IMG/VR virus record: IMGVR_UViG_3300046816_000391
Coordinates: 1-50,776 of that record
From: a virus
Taxonomy: Duplodnaviria > Caudoviricetes
Direction: 5' to 3' (one strand)
DNA: 50,776 nt
In this document: positions 16,967-24,904 of the stretch, one piece after another
Layout: each line of letters opens with the position of its first letter
Numbering within the stretch: the stretch's first letter is position 1
Made by a program: the position numbers and the translations under genes
The notes under the pieces: generated by a model
Seen by the model: the letters and a program-made list of their open reading frames with translations, nothing else
Told to the model about the DNA's origin: nothing
Databases searched by the model: none

Positions 16967-19900
16967 TTATGCAACCCCAGTCACGGCTACGGGGGTAGCG
17001 GGCGCGTTAGGCGTGTCACTCACCGGGTTGTACCCATCCCATGCTCCGACAATCGTGACTCCGGCGGTTGAACCGCCGATGGTTGAATTGAACGCACGCC
17101 ATGTCGCACCACTCGTTTTCTGGATGCCATTCGCCAGCGAATCCTGATTCATCGTCCACGCCCCATCACCGCCCGAGGATTCACCGCCCCAGACGTTGTT
17201 CCAGCTGAAAAGCGTCTGACCCCACCCGTTGCCGCCGTAGAACAGAAGTGGCCGACCCGTCCCGAATCCGGTACAGGTGTTGTGGTAGAAGTACCCGCCG
17301 AACGGGCACAGGTTGACGGGGTCCCCTCCGTTCGAGCTGTCGCCCATTGAGACTGCTGTCACGGTCGAATTGACGTTCACGAAGGTGTTGAACGCGATAT
17401 CGACAGGTCCCACCGGATTGCGCACACGGATGCACGGGCCATCCGAGCCCGCCTGCGTCACCGTGAAGGTGTTCCACAGCACCTTGTGCAAACACTGATT
17501 GATCGTCGTGGGCGGCGATTCGAGTTTGCCGTCGAGATTGATCAGGCGCTGAGTCGTAGAGTTCGCGCCGTTCGAAATCGCGTTGTCATGGATGAACGCA
17601 CTGATGGGCGCGGAGAACGCCGACAGTCCGTAGGCACTATGGAAAAATGCCTGCAGACACGTGCCCGTCGTCGTGAACGTGTTGGCCCACGCCTCGTAAA
17701 CGCCGCACATCCCGAACATGCCGGAGCGATGCGCCACCGAGGACATCGTGCACGTGTTGTCGTATGCCAGGAAGTTCGTGCAGTACGCCACCATCGATAC
17801 GCCCTCATCGGGCGATGCCACCGGATAGGTGTTGAGGCACGTGTTACCAAAGATTCGTGCGCCATTGATGTTGCAGCCGTTGCCGCCGTTGCCATCAAGC
17901 CCCGCATTCTGCCGGCAGACGAAGTTGTTTCTGGAAAAGAAACAGCCCGTGCCGATCGAGCTCGGCAAGCGGATATTCGATCCCGTTCCAGAGGCATGCG
18001 AGAAAGCAATGCCATCGATCCAGACATTCGTGACGCCACTCGCCAACACAATTCCGTGCACGCCCGAGCCGTGCGTCAACGTGCGCTTCGTCACACCGTC
18101 GTCGTTGAAGCCCGTCAGGTAAACATTGCTCGCGCTGATTGTGATCGGGCCCGTCGCGCCGCTCGCTGCAATCCGATACTCCCCGGCAGAGGTGATGTTG
18201 TTCCCACCAGGAACCGCGCTATTGGCCCGCGTCGCAGGGACATAGACCGCCGCTGTGCCGGCAAACTCCGCGCTATCGGCACTCTCGTTGCCGGCACTGT
18301 CTATCGTACGGACGCGGACATAACAGGCGCCGCCCACCGCAAGTCCCGTGATGCGACACTCGGTCGCAAGGCGCTGCGCAGTAGTCGAGAGGTCGAGCCC
18401 CGCAATCAGGTTCGATGCGCCCGGTGTCGTTCCTGCAAAAATCCTGAATGTCTTGAGGTCGTGCAGGTTCGAGGTGTCGGTGTTCGTCGCGGGCCGACCC
18501 CAGCGGGGCGCCACGCGCGCAATGCCTGCACCGACGTCCAGCTGCAAAATGCCGCCCGAAATCGACGCCGAGAATGCGGTGGGAGTATTCGACAGAACAA
18601 GCCCAGTGCCAGCCGCAAGCGTCACGGACGTGACAGGGGCGCCGTTGTTCGTGACCGGGTCGTGCGTGCCGACCAGGCGATAAAATATGCCGCCGAGGTT
18701 TACCGAGCTGTAGGTGGCACCTGGCGCGGCCCACAGATAGATGCCGTTGACGCAGTCGCGCCGATAGATACCAATTCCATTTGCGCCGGCCTGATAGCGC
18801 GGCGTCCACTGCGGCGGATCGATCGCCGGACCCAGAGCGAACGTCTTCTCGTCATAAACGACCGAGCCCAATTCCTCCGCGAGATAGCCACTCGTGAGGT
18901 GCAGGTACAGGTAGGTACCCGTGAGACCTGCGATGCAATGCCAGTAGCGCATCACATCGTAGGAGGTCGCCGATGGCAGTTGAATTTCGAGCACGCCGAG
19001 CTTGGCGCCCCGGTAGGCATCCACCTGCACCTTGATCGCGTTCAGCAACGACGTTGCGGTGGAGCCCCGAAAGCCGTTGACCCACTCATCGATGTTCTCC
19101 ATCAGGCCGCCGTCGTATTGCTGATCGAGCGGCTGACCAGCAAGGCCGGCCGGATACCAGACGGGCCAGTCCGTGGAATTAGCGAGCAGAAAAGAGTTCG
19201 CAGGAGCGAGCGATCGCCAGTACGCGCAACTGCTCGCGTGACTGGAATTGATCAGGCTGATGTTGGCGGCGCTGGACACCGCTTCTGATACGCCATCAAC
19301 GTTGTAGTCGCCCGCCGAACGCTCGCGCGCGTAAATGTTGTCTTCGTAGCGACCGTCGAGGGCGGGCGTGGCAGTGACGTTCTGATTGTTGACGCCGTCG
19401 CTGAAGACACCGCCGGTGTACAGCAGCTTGTAGTCCCAGCGCGCCTTCCACTTCGATGCGATATCGCCGGCAACCGGCGGGCAAGAGGTCGTGTAATTGG
19501 GCTTCGACTGATCGCTCTGACTGCCCTGAATCTTGCCGGTGTGCGTCAATCCGTTCGTGTAGACGAACCACTGATTTGCAGTGAGCTTGTTGTAGACCTC
19601 CCAATTCGCCTGCGGCGCGGTACCCCACGAATCGAACGCATCGGTCGAGAGCGTGTAGGGAATGATCTTCGAGCCGATCGTGCTCGCCGCTTTTACCGCG
19701 TTAACCTTCGATTGCAGAGTTCCGCGGCTATTTTCCCAGCCGGGCCAGTACGAAATGATGTTGACGTGAGTAGCGGCAAGCGCCGCATTCGTGGAGTTCG
19801 CGGTACCGCCGAGCGCATAGGAGCCAAAGCGCGGATAGTCAGGATTGTAGAACCCGCCCTGCGCAACCCCCGTCGTCTTTGCGCTGGCTATCGTGCTGTA

Positions 19901-20410
19901 GCCAGAAGAGTTCCCCGCCACATCATAGGATCGAACGCGATAGAACTGCGTTGTCCCGACCGGCAGACCTGTATCGATAAAGGTCTGCGCGGTATTTTGA
20001 TAGATCTGCGTCCACGCCGTTGCGCCATCGGCACTGCGCTCGAGCTTGTATCCTGCAAGACCTGACCCGCCGGTATCGGAGGAACTTCCCCATGAAGGCT
20101 GCAGAGAAGTGTCCCCCAACACCGCAACCGTCAAAGCACCCGGGACCGTGGGCGCCGTGAAATCCGATTGCGAGCTGCCCTGCAAGGCCGCTGTCGCATT
20201 GTCGAGTATTGAGACGAACGTGCCGATCCGATTCGGATTGGCGATGAATGCGCCCATCACCTGCGAGGCGTGATCGGCGAGCCGTGCCGCAATCGTCCCA
20301 GTCCTGCCTGCAGGCAGCACATGCGTACCTGCGATGGATGCCGTCGAATCCGCTAAAGTTGACTGCATCAGCCCAATGAGGACTGAACGATCAACAAATC
20401 GAATCGGCAT
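16967..20410 (-). CDS. Large multidomain receptor-binding/depolymerase-like protein (repeats, FN3, putative glycoside hydrolase, FN3, beta-helix)
   Basis: FN3 motifs APTVPGAL...YRVRSYDVAGNSS and YVRVRTIDSAGNES; DGGLMEN and YRRDCVNG resemble putative GH (GHL15-like) domains; Asn-ladder C-terminus. Confidence 0.7.
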   Translation of the reverse strand: MPIRFVDRSVLIGLMQSTLADSTASIAGTHVLPAGRTGTIAARLADHASQVMGAFIANPNRIGTFVSILDNATAALQGSSQSDFTAPTVPGALTVAVLGDTSLQPSWGSSSDTGGSGLAGYKLERSADGATAWTQIYQNTAQTFIDTGLPVGTTQFYRVRSYDVAGNSSGYSTIASAKTTGVAQGGFYNPDYPRFGSYALGGTANSTNAALAATHVNIISYWPGWENSRGTLQSKVNAVKAASTIGSKIIPYTLSTDAFDSWGTAPQANWEVYNKLTANQWFVYTNGLTHTGKIQGSQSDQSKPNYTTSCPPVAGDIASKWKARWDYKLLYTGGVFSDGVNNQNVTATPALDGRYEDNIYARERSAGDYNVDGVSEAVSSAANISLINSSHASSCAYWRSLAPANSFLLANSTDWPVWYPAGLAGQPLDQQYDGGLMENIDEWVNGFRGSTATSLLNAIKVQVDAYRGAKLGVLEIQLPSATSYDVMRYWHCIAGLTGTYLYLHLTSGYLAEELGSVVYDEKTFALGPAIDPPQWTPRYQAGANGIGIYRRDCVNGIYLWAAPGATYSSVNLGGIFYRLVGTHDPVTNNGAPVTSVTLAAGTGLVLSNTPTAFSASISGGILQLDVGAGIARVAPRWGRPATNTDTSNLHDLKTFRIFAGTTPGASNLIAGLDLSTTAQRLATECRITGLAVGGACYVRVRTIDSAGNESADSAEFAGTAAVYVPATRANSAVPGGNNITSAGEYRIAASGATGPITISASNVYLTGFNDDGVTKRTLTHGSGVHGIVLASGVTNVWIDGIAFSHASGTGSNIRLPSSIGTGCFFSRNNFVCRQNAGLDGNGGNGCNINGARIFGNTCLNTYPVASPDEGVSMVAYCTNFLAYDNTCTMSSVAHRSGMFGMCGVYEAWANTFTTTGTCLQAFFHSAYGLSAFSAPISAFIHDNAISNGANSTTQRLINLDGKLESPPTTINQCLHKVLWNTFTVTQAGSDGPCIRVRNPVGPVDIAFNTFVNVNSTVTAVSMGDSSNGGDPVNLCPFGGYFYHNTCTGFGTGRPLLFYGGNGWGQTLFSWNNVWGGESSGGDGAWTMNQDSLANGIQKTSGATWRAFNSTIGGSTAGVTIVGAWDGYNPVSDTPNAPATPVAVTGVA

Positions 20411-20802
20411 CAGCCGATTACCGTCGAAAGATCAACGGCGAGTTTCTTTCCTGCTGCCGCGACGAATGCGACTGTCAGATCCTTGAAGTGCCGACATACC
20501 GAACCGCGAATGATCGCAACTCCGGTTACTGTCGCAGACCAGCCCCCCGTTGCCGTCCACGTGGGATTGACCGGTGAGCCGTGGGAATAAGTGAGAATCC
20601 CGTTGACGCTAATCCATGTGCCGTCGAGCGTAATCGGCGCATATCCGTTCGCCGATGAGGGCTGCGTCAGATCGGATGCGACCGTCGTCGCCCCCAGCGA
20701 TGAGGCCGTGTTGACGTACGCTACAAGCGTGAGCGCTCCGGAAACATATGCAAGCGCTGCAATGTCATCGAGTCCGCCATTGGGACTTCCAAAGGAGGCC
20801 AC
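20410..20802 (-). CDS. Small fibre shaft-like structural protein
   Basis: 130 aa; SSANGYAPITL...TWTATGGW motif typical of small minor tail/fibre subunits. Confidence 0.6.
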   Translation of the reverse strand: MASFGSPNGGLDDIAALAYVSGALTLVAYVNTASSLGATTVASDLTQPSSANGYAPITLDGTWISVNGILTYSHGSPVNPTWTATGGWSATVTGVAIIRGSVCRHFKDLTVAFVAAAGKKLAVDLSTVIG

Positions 20803-20818
20803 TCAAAACCCCTAATTT

Positions 20819-21223
20819 CTAGGGATTGCCACAAGTGATCGTGGCACTCGACACGGCGACAGTGCCACCGAGCACAATACTCGTGGAGTCGAGCTGCAAA
20901 TCTCCCGTGCCCGCCGCGACCGTTGTAACCGATCCGTCGAGCACATGAGTTGAGCCACCTGACTGCACGATGCGAAACCACGTGGCCGTACCGGTCGCCG
21001 CGGCGGACGTGGCCGACGCAATGGCGTTCAGCGTCAGAACACCACCCGAGGCGCCTGGAGCGAACGTGGCGTTACAGGTGAGCTGCGCGAGCAGGTTGGT
21101 GGCCGTACCGCCTGTGGCCGGCCTGCTGCCGTCATAGATTCGAAGCAATGCACTGGCGCCAGCACGCGTCGTGATCGCGTCGAGCATCGCATTGCGCGTC
21201 GTCGTGTTGATGCCAAGTGTCAT
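20819..21223 (-). CDS. Small fibre shaft-like structural protein
   Basis: 134 aa; RNAMLDAI...LRIYDG..P...TGTATWFRI...DGSV...GDL.L motif; GGAG RBS. Confidence 0.7.
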   Translation of the reverse strand: MTLGINTTTRNAMLDAITTRAGASALLRIYDGSRPATGGTATNLLAQLTCNATFAPGASGGVLTLNAIASATSAAATGTATWFRIVQSGGSTHVLDGSVTTVAAGTGDLQLDSTSIVLGGTVAVSSATITCGNP

Positions 21224-21240
21224 TTACGAGCTCCAGAAAT

Positions 21241-21265
21241 GAAAAAACCGCCTCAGGGGCGGTTC
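21241..21265 (-). terminator. Rho-independent terminator
   Basis: AACCGCC-CCTGA-GGCGGTT followed by TTTT on minus strand. Confidence 0.7.
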
Positions 21266-21291
21266 GTTGGGAAATGGGCGGTGGGTTCGGA

Positions 21292-21465
21292 TCAGTGCAT
21301 GGCCTGGCGCACGGAGTCCACCATGCGACACAGCTCGTCCGGGGTGGGCGGGGCTCCGCCCGTCTGCTCCATGAGCGCGTGAAACGCATCGTCAGGCAGA
21401 GAACGGCGCGCAGCATCCATCATGTCGGCGGGGGGCGTGACCTCACCTACGAATTTCTTATCCAT
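21292..21465 (-). CDS. Hypothetical 57-aa protein (MDKKFVGEVTPPADMM...)
   Basis: Read by eye; GAGG RBS upstream of ATG 21465. Confidence 0.55.
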   Translation of the reverse strand: MDKKFVGEVTPPADMMDAARRSLPDDAFHALMEQTGGAPPTPDELCRMVDSVRQAMH

Positions 21466-21510
21466 CACAACCTCAGTGCATGAGCCTGCATAGAAACAGG
21501 CACAGGGATC

Positions 21511-21807
21511 TCAGGATTCGGTTAGACGCAAATTGGTGGGTGCATCGGGTGGCACAAAATCCAAAGGGCCGCTCACCTGAGCGTGTTTGCTCTCAAGCCC
21601 TACGTCATCGATGGCGTTTACCGAGAAGTGATAGTCCCCATCGGCATTCGCCAGAAAGGGGATCTGGGTGAGATCGACGAAATCGACGTTACCTGCCGGA
21701 TAGGCAGGATCGCTATCCACTGGATCGACATCCTTCTTCGCACGAACGCTGTAGCCGACAACATCGGCGGATGTCGACTTGTCCCATCGCAGGAATCGAT
21801 TCGCCAT
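21511..21807 (-). CDS. Single FN3-like domain protein (first late gene)
   Basis: LRWDKS...VVGYSV...YHFSVNAIDDVGLES...PPDAPTNL; GGAG RBS before ATG 21807. Confidence 0.7.
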   Translation of the reverse strand: MANRFLRWDKSTSADVVGYSVRAKKDVDPVDSDPAYPAGNVDFVDLTQIPFLANADGDYHFSVNAIDDVGLESKHAQVSGPLDFVPPDAPTNLRLTES

Positions 21808-21970
21808 TATGTAGGCTCCATAGAGTTCATAGGCCAGCCAATCTGCATCGACGGAAACTGAAACATCGAAAGCGACAATCACTCTCGATGCCTCCGAAAA
21901 TAGAGGGCCCGCGTGACCAGCCGGGGTGTCTAAATCAAGACGCTAGAGTGAGCTGGGGCGGGCCAAACCA

Positions 21971-21999
21971 AAGCAAAAAGCCCGCACAGGGCGGGCTTC
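21971..21999 (-). terminator. tR'-like terminator downstream of late promoter
   Basis: AAGCCCGC-CCTGT-GCGGGCTT followed by TTTGCTTT on minus strand. Confidence 0.75.
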
Positions 22000-22027
22000 A
22001 GGGACAGTTAGGCAGGTTGATGGAGTG

Positions 22028-22056
22028 AATTTAGCCCCGGAATCGCATCAACGCAA
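22028..22056 (-). promoter_or_regulatory. pR'-like late promoter
   Basis: TTGCGT (22056-22051), 17-nt spacer, TAAATT (22033-22028); the -10 equals that of lambda pR'; terminator about 30 nt downstream. Confidence 0.6.
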
Positions 22057-22441
22057 GTAGGTCGCTGTGTTTGCTCTCAATAAATTTCCACTGCAGGAAG
22101 TTCAACGAGATTTGCCACGCAATGGTGAGCGTGCGCTCCGTGAGATTCAGTTGGCTTGCGATGACTGGCTGCGGAAGCTGCGTGCGATACCACTTCACGA
22201 TGATGCGCTTGGTCTTCTCGGGCGACTTCAGGATGATCTGGTCGACCACGATTGCGGTCACGTCATCGAGCGGAGGCGGACGCGAGGCCATTCCGTCCAT
22301 CCAGGTATCGGTGGGTAGTCCGAGCCCGACCGAGACGGCCCAGCGCTGGCAGATTCGATCGGTAGTTGCAAGTTCTGCCGGCATCGCTTGCCGGGTGCGG
22401 CCGAGCCATTCGGCTTTCTGAGCAACCGAGACTGCGTTCAC
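22031..22441 (-). CDS. Putative late antiterminator (Q-like) / sigma-4-type HTH regulator
   Basis: DRICQRWA N-terminus, VDQII...IIVKWY...IASQLNLTERTL HTH; followed by promoter and terminator. Confidence 0.6.
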   Translation of the reverse strand: MNAVSVAQKAEWLGRTRQAMPAELATTDRICQRWAVSVGLGLPTDTWMDGMASRPPPLDDVTAIVVDQIILKSPEKTKRIIVKWYRTQLPQPVIASQLNLTERTLTIAWQISLNFLQWKFIESKHSDLLALMRFRG

Positions 22442-22752
22442 ATCATCCCCTTTTCGTTCTCTATACTGACGATCTGAGTGATTACGCTCACATGAGGGCG
22501 CCGGCGTTTCCGCATCAAAATCTCCATGAGCGCCAAGAACTCCCGTTCGTTGGTAAGCGCTCGGAGTAACGCTTCTTTCGGTACTCTTTCCCCCGTTCTA
22601 CGGATCTTGATCAGGCGCGCCATGACATTGGTGAGGTAGTTGCACGGGATGCCAGTCTCGTGCGAAAGCGTCTTGTAGGCAGGAACCTCGATAACGTGAC
22701 GAGCGACTTCGTCTAGCCGTTCGATGTACTCCTCGACCTGACTGTGTTTCAT
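22438..22752 (-). CDS. Hypothetical protein (possible HTH)
   Basis: YKTLSHETGIPCNYL; coupled to both neighbours. Confidence 0.55.
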   Translation of the reverse strand: MKHSQVEEYIERLDEVARHVIEVPAYKTLSHETGIPCNYLTNVMARLIKIRRTGERVPKEALLRALTNEREFLALMEILMRKRRRPHVSVITQIVSIENEKGMM

Positions 22753-23189
22753 GCAACCTCGACTATTTCGATGCCGTGTTCTGCCCGCAGATGAAGGCGC
22801 TTCCATTTGTAGATTGCGGTCCGGGTGGAGCTGTTCTTCTTCGGGTCCTTCACGTCCTCGTGAATCTTCTTCCCGCTGGCGTGGTCGAGATACTCAAAGT
22901 CGAGTTCGATATAGCCGAGCAGGAGCCCGCAGGCGTGGAGATCGTAACGAGGGTGTATGGAGAGCCCACTGATGGCGCCAGCCTCCTGCATGAGCTTGAG
23001 GTCCATGTACCGTCGAAGTTCAGCCTGTGAGCCGAAGTAGATGCCATCGTGCCATTGCGGTTTCGCGGTGTACTTCGGCTTTGATACGCGCGCGATCATC
23101 GGCACCGAGTGATTGCTGACGGTACCGGATGGGCCGACAGTCCGGGCCTGATACCGCTCTAGGTCTGCCTCTGACCAGCGCAGGCTCAC
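22749..23189 (-). CDS. DUF1064 family PD-(D/E)xK endonuclease (putative resolvase)
   Basis: KY.AK...DGIYFGSQAE.RRY..LK...AGAISGL..HPRYDL...Y.LDFEY...EDVK. Confidence 0.8.
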   Translation of the reverse strand: MSLRWSEADLERYQARTVGPSGTVSNHSVPMIARVSKPKYTAKPQWHDGIYFGSQAELRRYMDLKLMQEAGAISGLSIHPRYDLHACGLLLGYIELDFEYLDHASGKKIHEDVKDPKKNSSTRTAIYKWKRLHLRAEHGIEIVEVA

Positions 23190-23377
23190 TTTGGCTGCGC
23201 CCCCACGCTATCAGTGCACTCCACGATGCCGTAGATCCGATCCGCGATCTCGTCCTCGCCCGGTGTTGAAGCTCGTAACCAGAATGGCGGATCGCATCGA
23301 CATCCAAGTTGATGCTGGCAACCAGGGCGGATCTGTGGAGGTACGCGATAGGCGTTCAGCTCACGAGGTGGATTCAC
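23186..23377 (-). CDS. Hypothetical protein
   Basis: GTGA coupling at both ends. Confidence 0.5.
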   Translation of the reverse strand: MNPPRELNAYRVPPQIRPGCQHQLGCRCDPPFWLRASTPGEDEIADRIYGIVECTDSVGAQPK

Positions 23378-23532
23378 AAAGGCCCCTCCGGAACGGTGTC
23401 TTTCTGGTCTGGTTTATTTTCAAGGCGGTCGATCTCATGTCGAGCCGCTTCGCAAACGGCCGCCCAACCGTCTTTCCCTGCCGCTCGCAGCGTCTTCTCG
23501 AGGAGTTCAAGCCGTTTGGCGTGAGGATTCAC
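23374..23532 (-). CDS. Hypothetical 52-aa protein (MNPHAKRLELLEK...)
   Basis: Read by eye; fills the gap with GTGA overlaps on both sides. Confidence 0.55.
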   Translation of the reverse strand: MNPHAKRLELLEKTLRAAGKDGWAAVCEAARHEIDRLENKPDQKDTVPEGPL

Positions 23533-23903
23533 TGAGCTGCCTCGCAAAGCTGTTTAGCTTCATCACTTGTTCGGCAGCAGCCGAGTGGCTCAGGCATTTC
23601 CTTGTAGCGTTTCCCGTTCGCGAACATGTCGGGGTGGCGGCGCCACGCGGAATACGTGAACCCAAGTTCATGGGCGTCCTTTGAGACCGTAAACCGCCCA
23701 CACGCTGTTAGGAGGTAGCCGGAACCGAGAGGGCCGTGCGAGCTCGTCCACACCGGCGGGTTCCATTGGAGACTTACTTTCGCCTTCGGCGACTGCGCTG
23801 CGTTTGAGACTTGAGCTTGAGGCTTCGTGTTTCTGGCCAACTTCTCCCACATGTCCTCCTGAGTAACGTGCTTCTGCGGCTCGTGCAGCGGGCTGTAGGG
23901 CAT
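23529..23903 (-). CDS. Hypothetical protein
   Basis: ACGRFTVSK...YSAWRR...LG...TSDEAKQLCE phage-type small domain. Confidence 0.65.
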   Translation of the reverse strand: MPYSPLHEPQKHVTQEDMWEKLARNTKPQAQVSNAAQSPKAKVSLQWNPPVWTSSHGPLGSGYLLTACGRFTVSKDAHELGFTYSAWRRHPDMFANGKRYKEMPEPLGCCRTSDEAKQLCEAAQ

Positions 23904-23904
23904 T

Positions 23905-24365
23905 ACCCGGCCCACGACTTGCTACACCATACTGTATTAGCGATGTGATACACTAACTTCGTGCAGAACGTCATGGAAAAGCTCACCACTCTGTTGCTCG
24001 AGCACCCGGAGCGCTTTACGGCTAGCGAAATACCCTGCTGCCTTCTCGGTATCTGGGAGTCAGCTCTGGAGCTGTTACCTGACCCTGTATCCGTACCCCT
24101 GAGTGGCAGGCAGAATGAACCCCAGCCCCGAAACATTCGGAGTCTGGAGTTCACCTGACCCTCGTAGAGCCGCATGGCCCGTCGAGCAGGAACAGTCACA
24201 GCAGCGGTCTGTTTCCGGGTTCACTTTCGAGAGGACTTGCTCTCTCGTCAGCTCGGGCCACCCGTTTCACTCGGCCCTATCGCGTGCGCTGAAGCCCACC
24301 AGTGGCGATTGATGAAGTGGTGCGCGCTGATGTCTTGGTAACCGTCCGCGCACCGCTGGAGTTCT
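23905..24365 (-). ncRNA. Putative structured non-coding RNA / replication origin element
   Basis: No convincing ORF; several helices whose mismatches become G-U pairs on the minus strand. Confidence 0.5.
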
Positions 24366-24366
24366 G

Positions 24367-24678
24367 TTAGCTGGGTGCCGGTCTCCCGGATAAGTCCTCG
24401 ATATCAACCTGAGTGACACCAGGAACGCGCACATAGCGCCGAGGTCCGCCGTCGTACGTGAGTTCGAGACCGCGGAACCAAAGCTCCCGATCGTTCACCG
24501 CATCGACACCGTGCGCGTGGGCCGCCCTCGGCCAGCGCTTGAGGATGTCGTAGTCGTTACGGGTGAGCGTGAGGTGTTGCTGATTCGGTTTGAACTTTCG
24601 CGTCCACTCAGCCAACGGGCCGACACGCTTCATGATGTCTTCAATGAGGCGGTAGCCCTGCGAGACACGGTCAGCCAT
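24367..24678 (-). CDS. Hypothetical protein
   Basis: GGAGG RBS; part of the cro operon. Confidence 0.65.
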   Translation of the reverse strand: MADRVSQGYRLIEDIMKRVGPLAEWTRKFKPNQQHLTLTRNDYDILKRWPRAAHAHGVDAVNDRELWFRGLELTYDGGPRRYVRVPGVTQVDIEDLSGRPAPS

Positions 24679-24904
24679 CGCGCGCCTCCGTAAGTCGCAA
24701 CGTCCCGTTCCATCGGGCTGAAGGCGTTAGCTTTCGCAGGCGACGCACATATGTGAATTCAGGTGCTCGTGGAGCACGCTGTCTCGGAATCTGGGGGCCA
24801 CCGATCACCCGCATGCGCTTTGCCCAGCCGCGGCAGTGCTTGCAGCCAGACATGTGAAGTTCATGTATTTCGCAGGGCCGGTGATACTTGCGCGGGGCCG
24901 GCAT
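24671..24904 (-). CDS. Hypothetical basic protein (C-x2-H-x5-C-x2-C)
   Basis: Coupled to cro stop (TGATG). Confidence 0.5.
   Translation of the reverse strand: MPAPRKYHRPCEIHELHMSGCKHCRGWAKRMRVIGGPQIPRQRAPRAPEFTYVRRLRKLTPSARWNGTLRLTEARDG

Noticed and set aside
17486-19288. 600-aa + strand ORF
   Set aside because: Antisense shadow of the 1147-aa gene in GC-rich DNA; Arg-rich with no motifs
23928-23950. LexA (SOS) box
   Set aside because: Only the TACTGTAT half-site is present; no matching ACAG at the right spacing
23970-23985. ATGGAAAA resemblance to the ColE1 origin
   Set aside because: Only 8 bp, on the strand opposite the favoured fold and without the upstream G-tract; not evidence of homology
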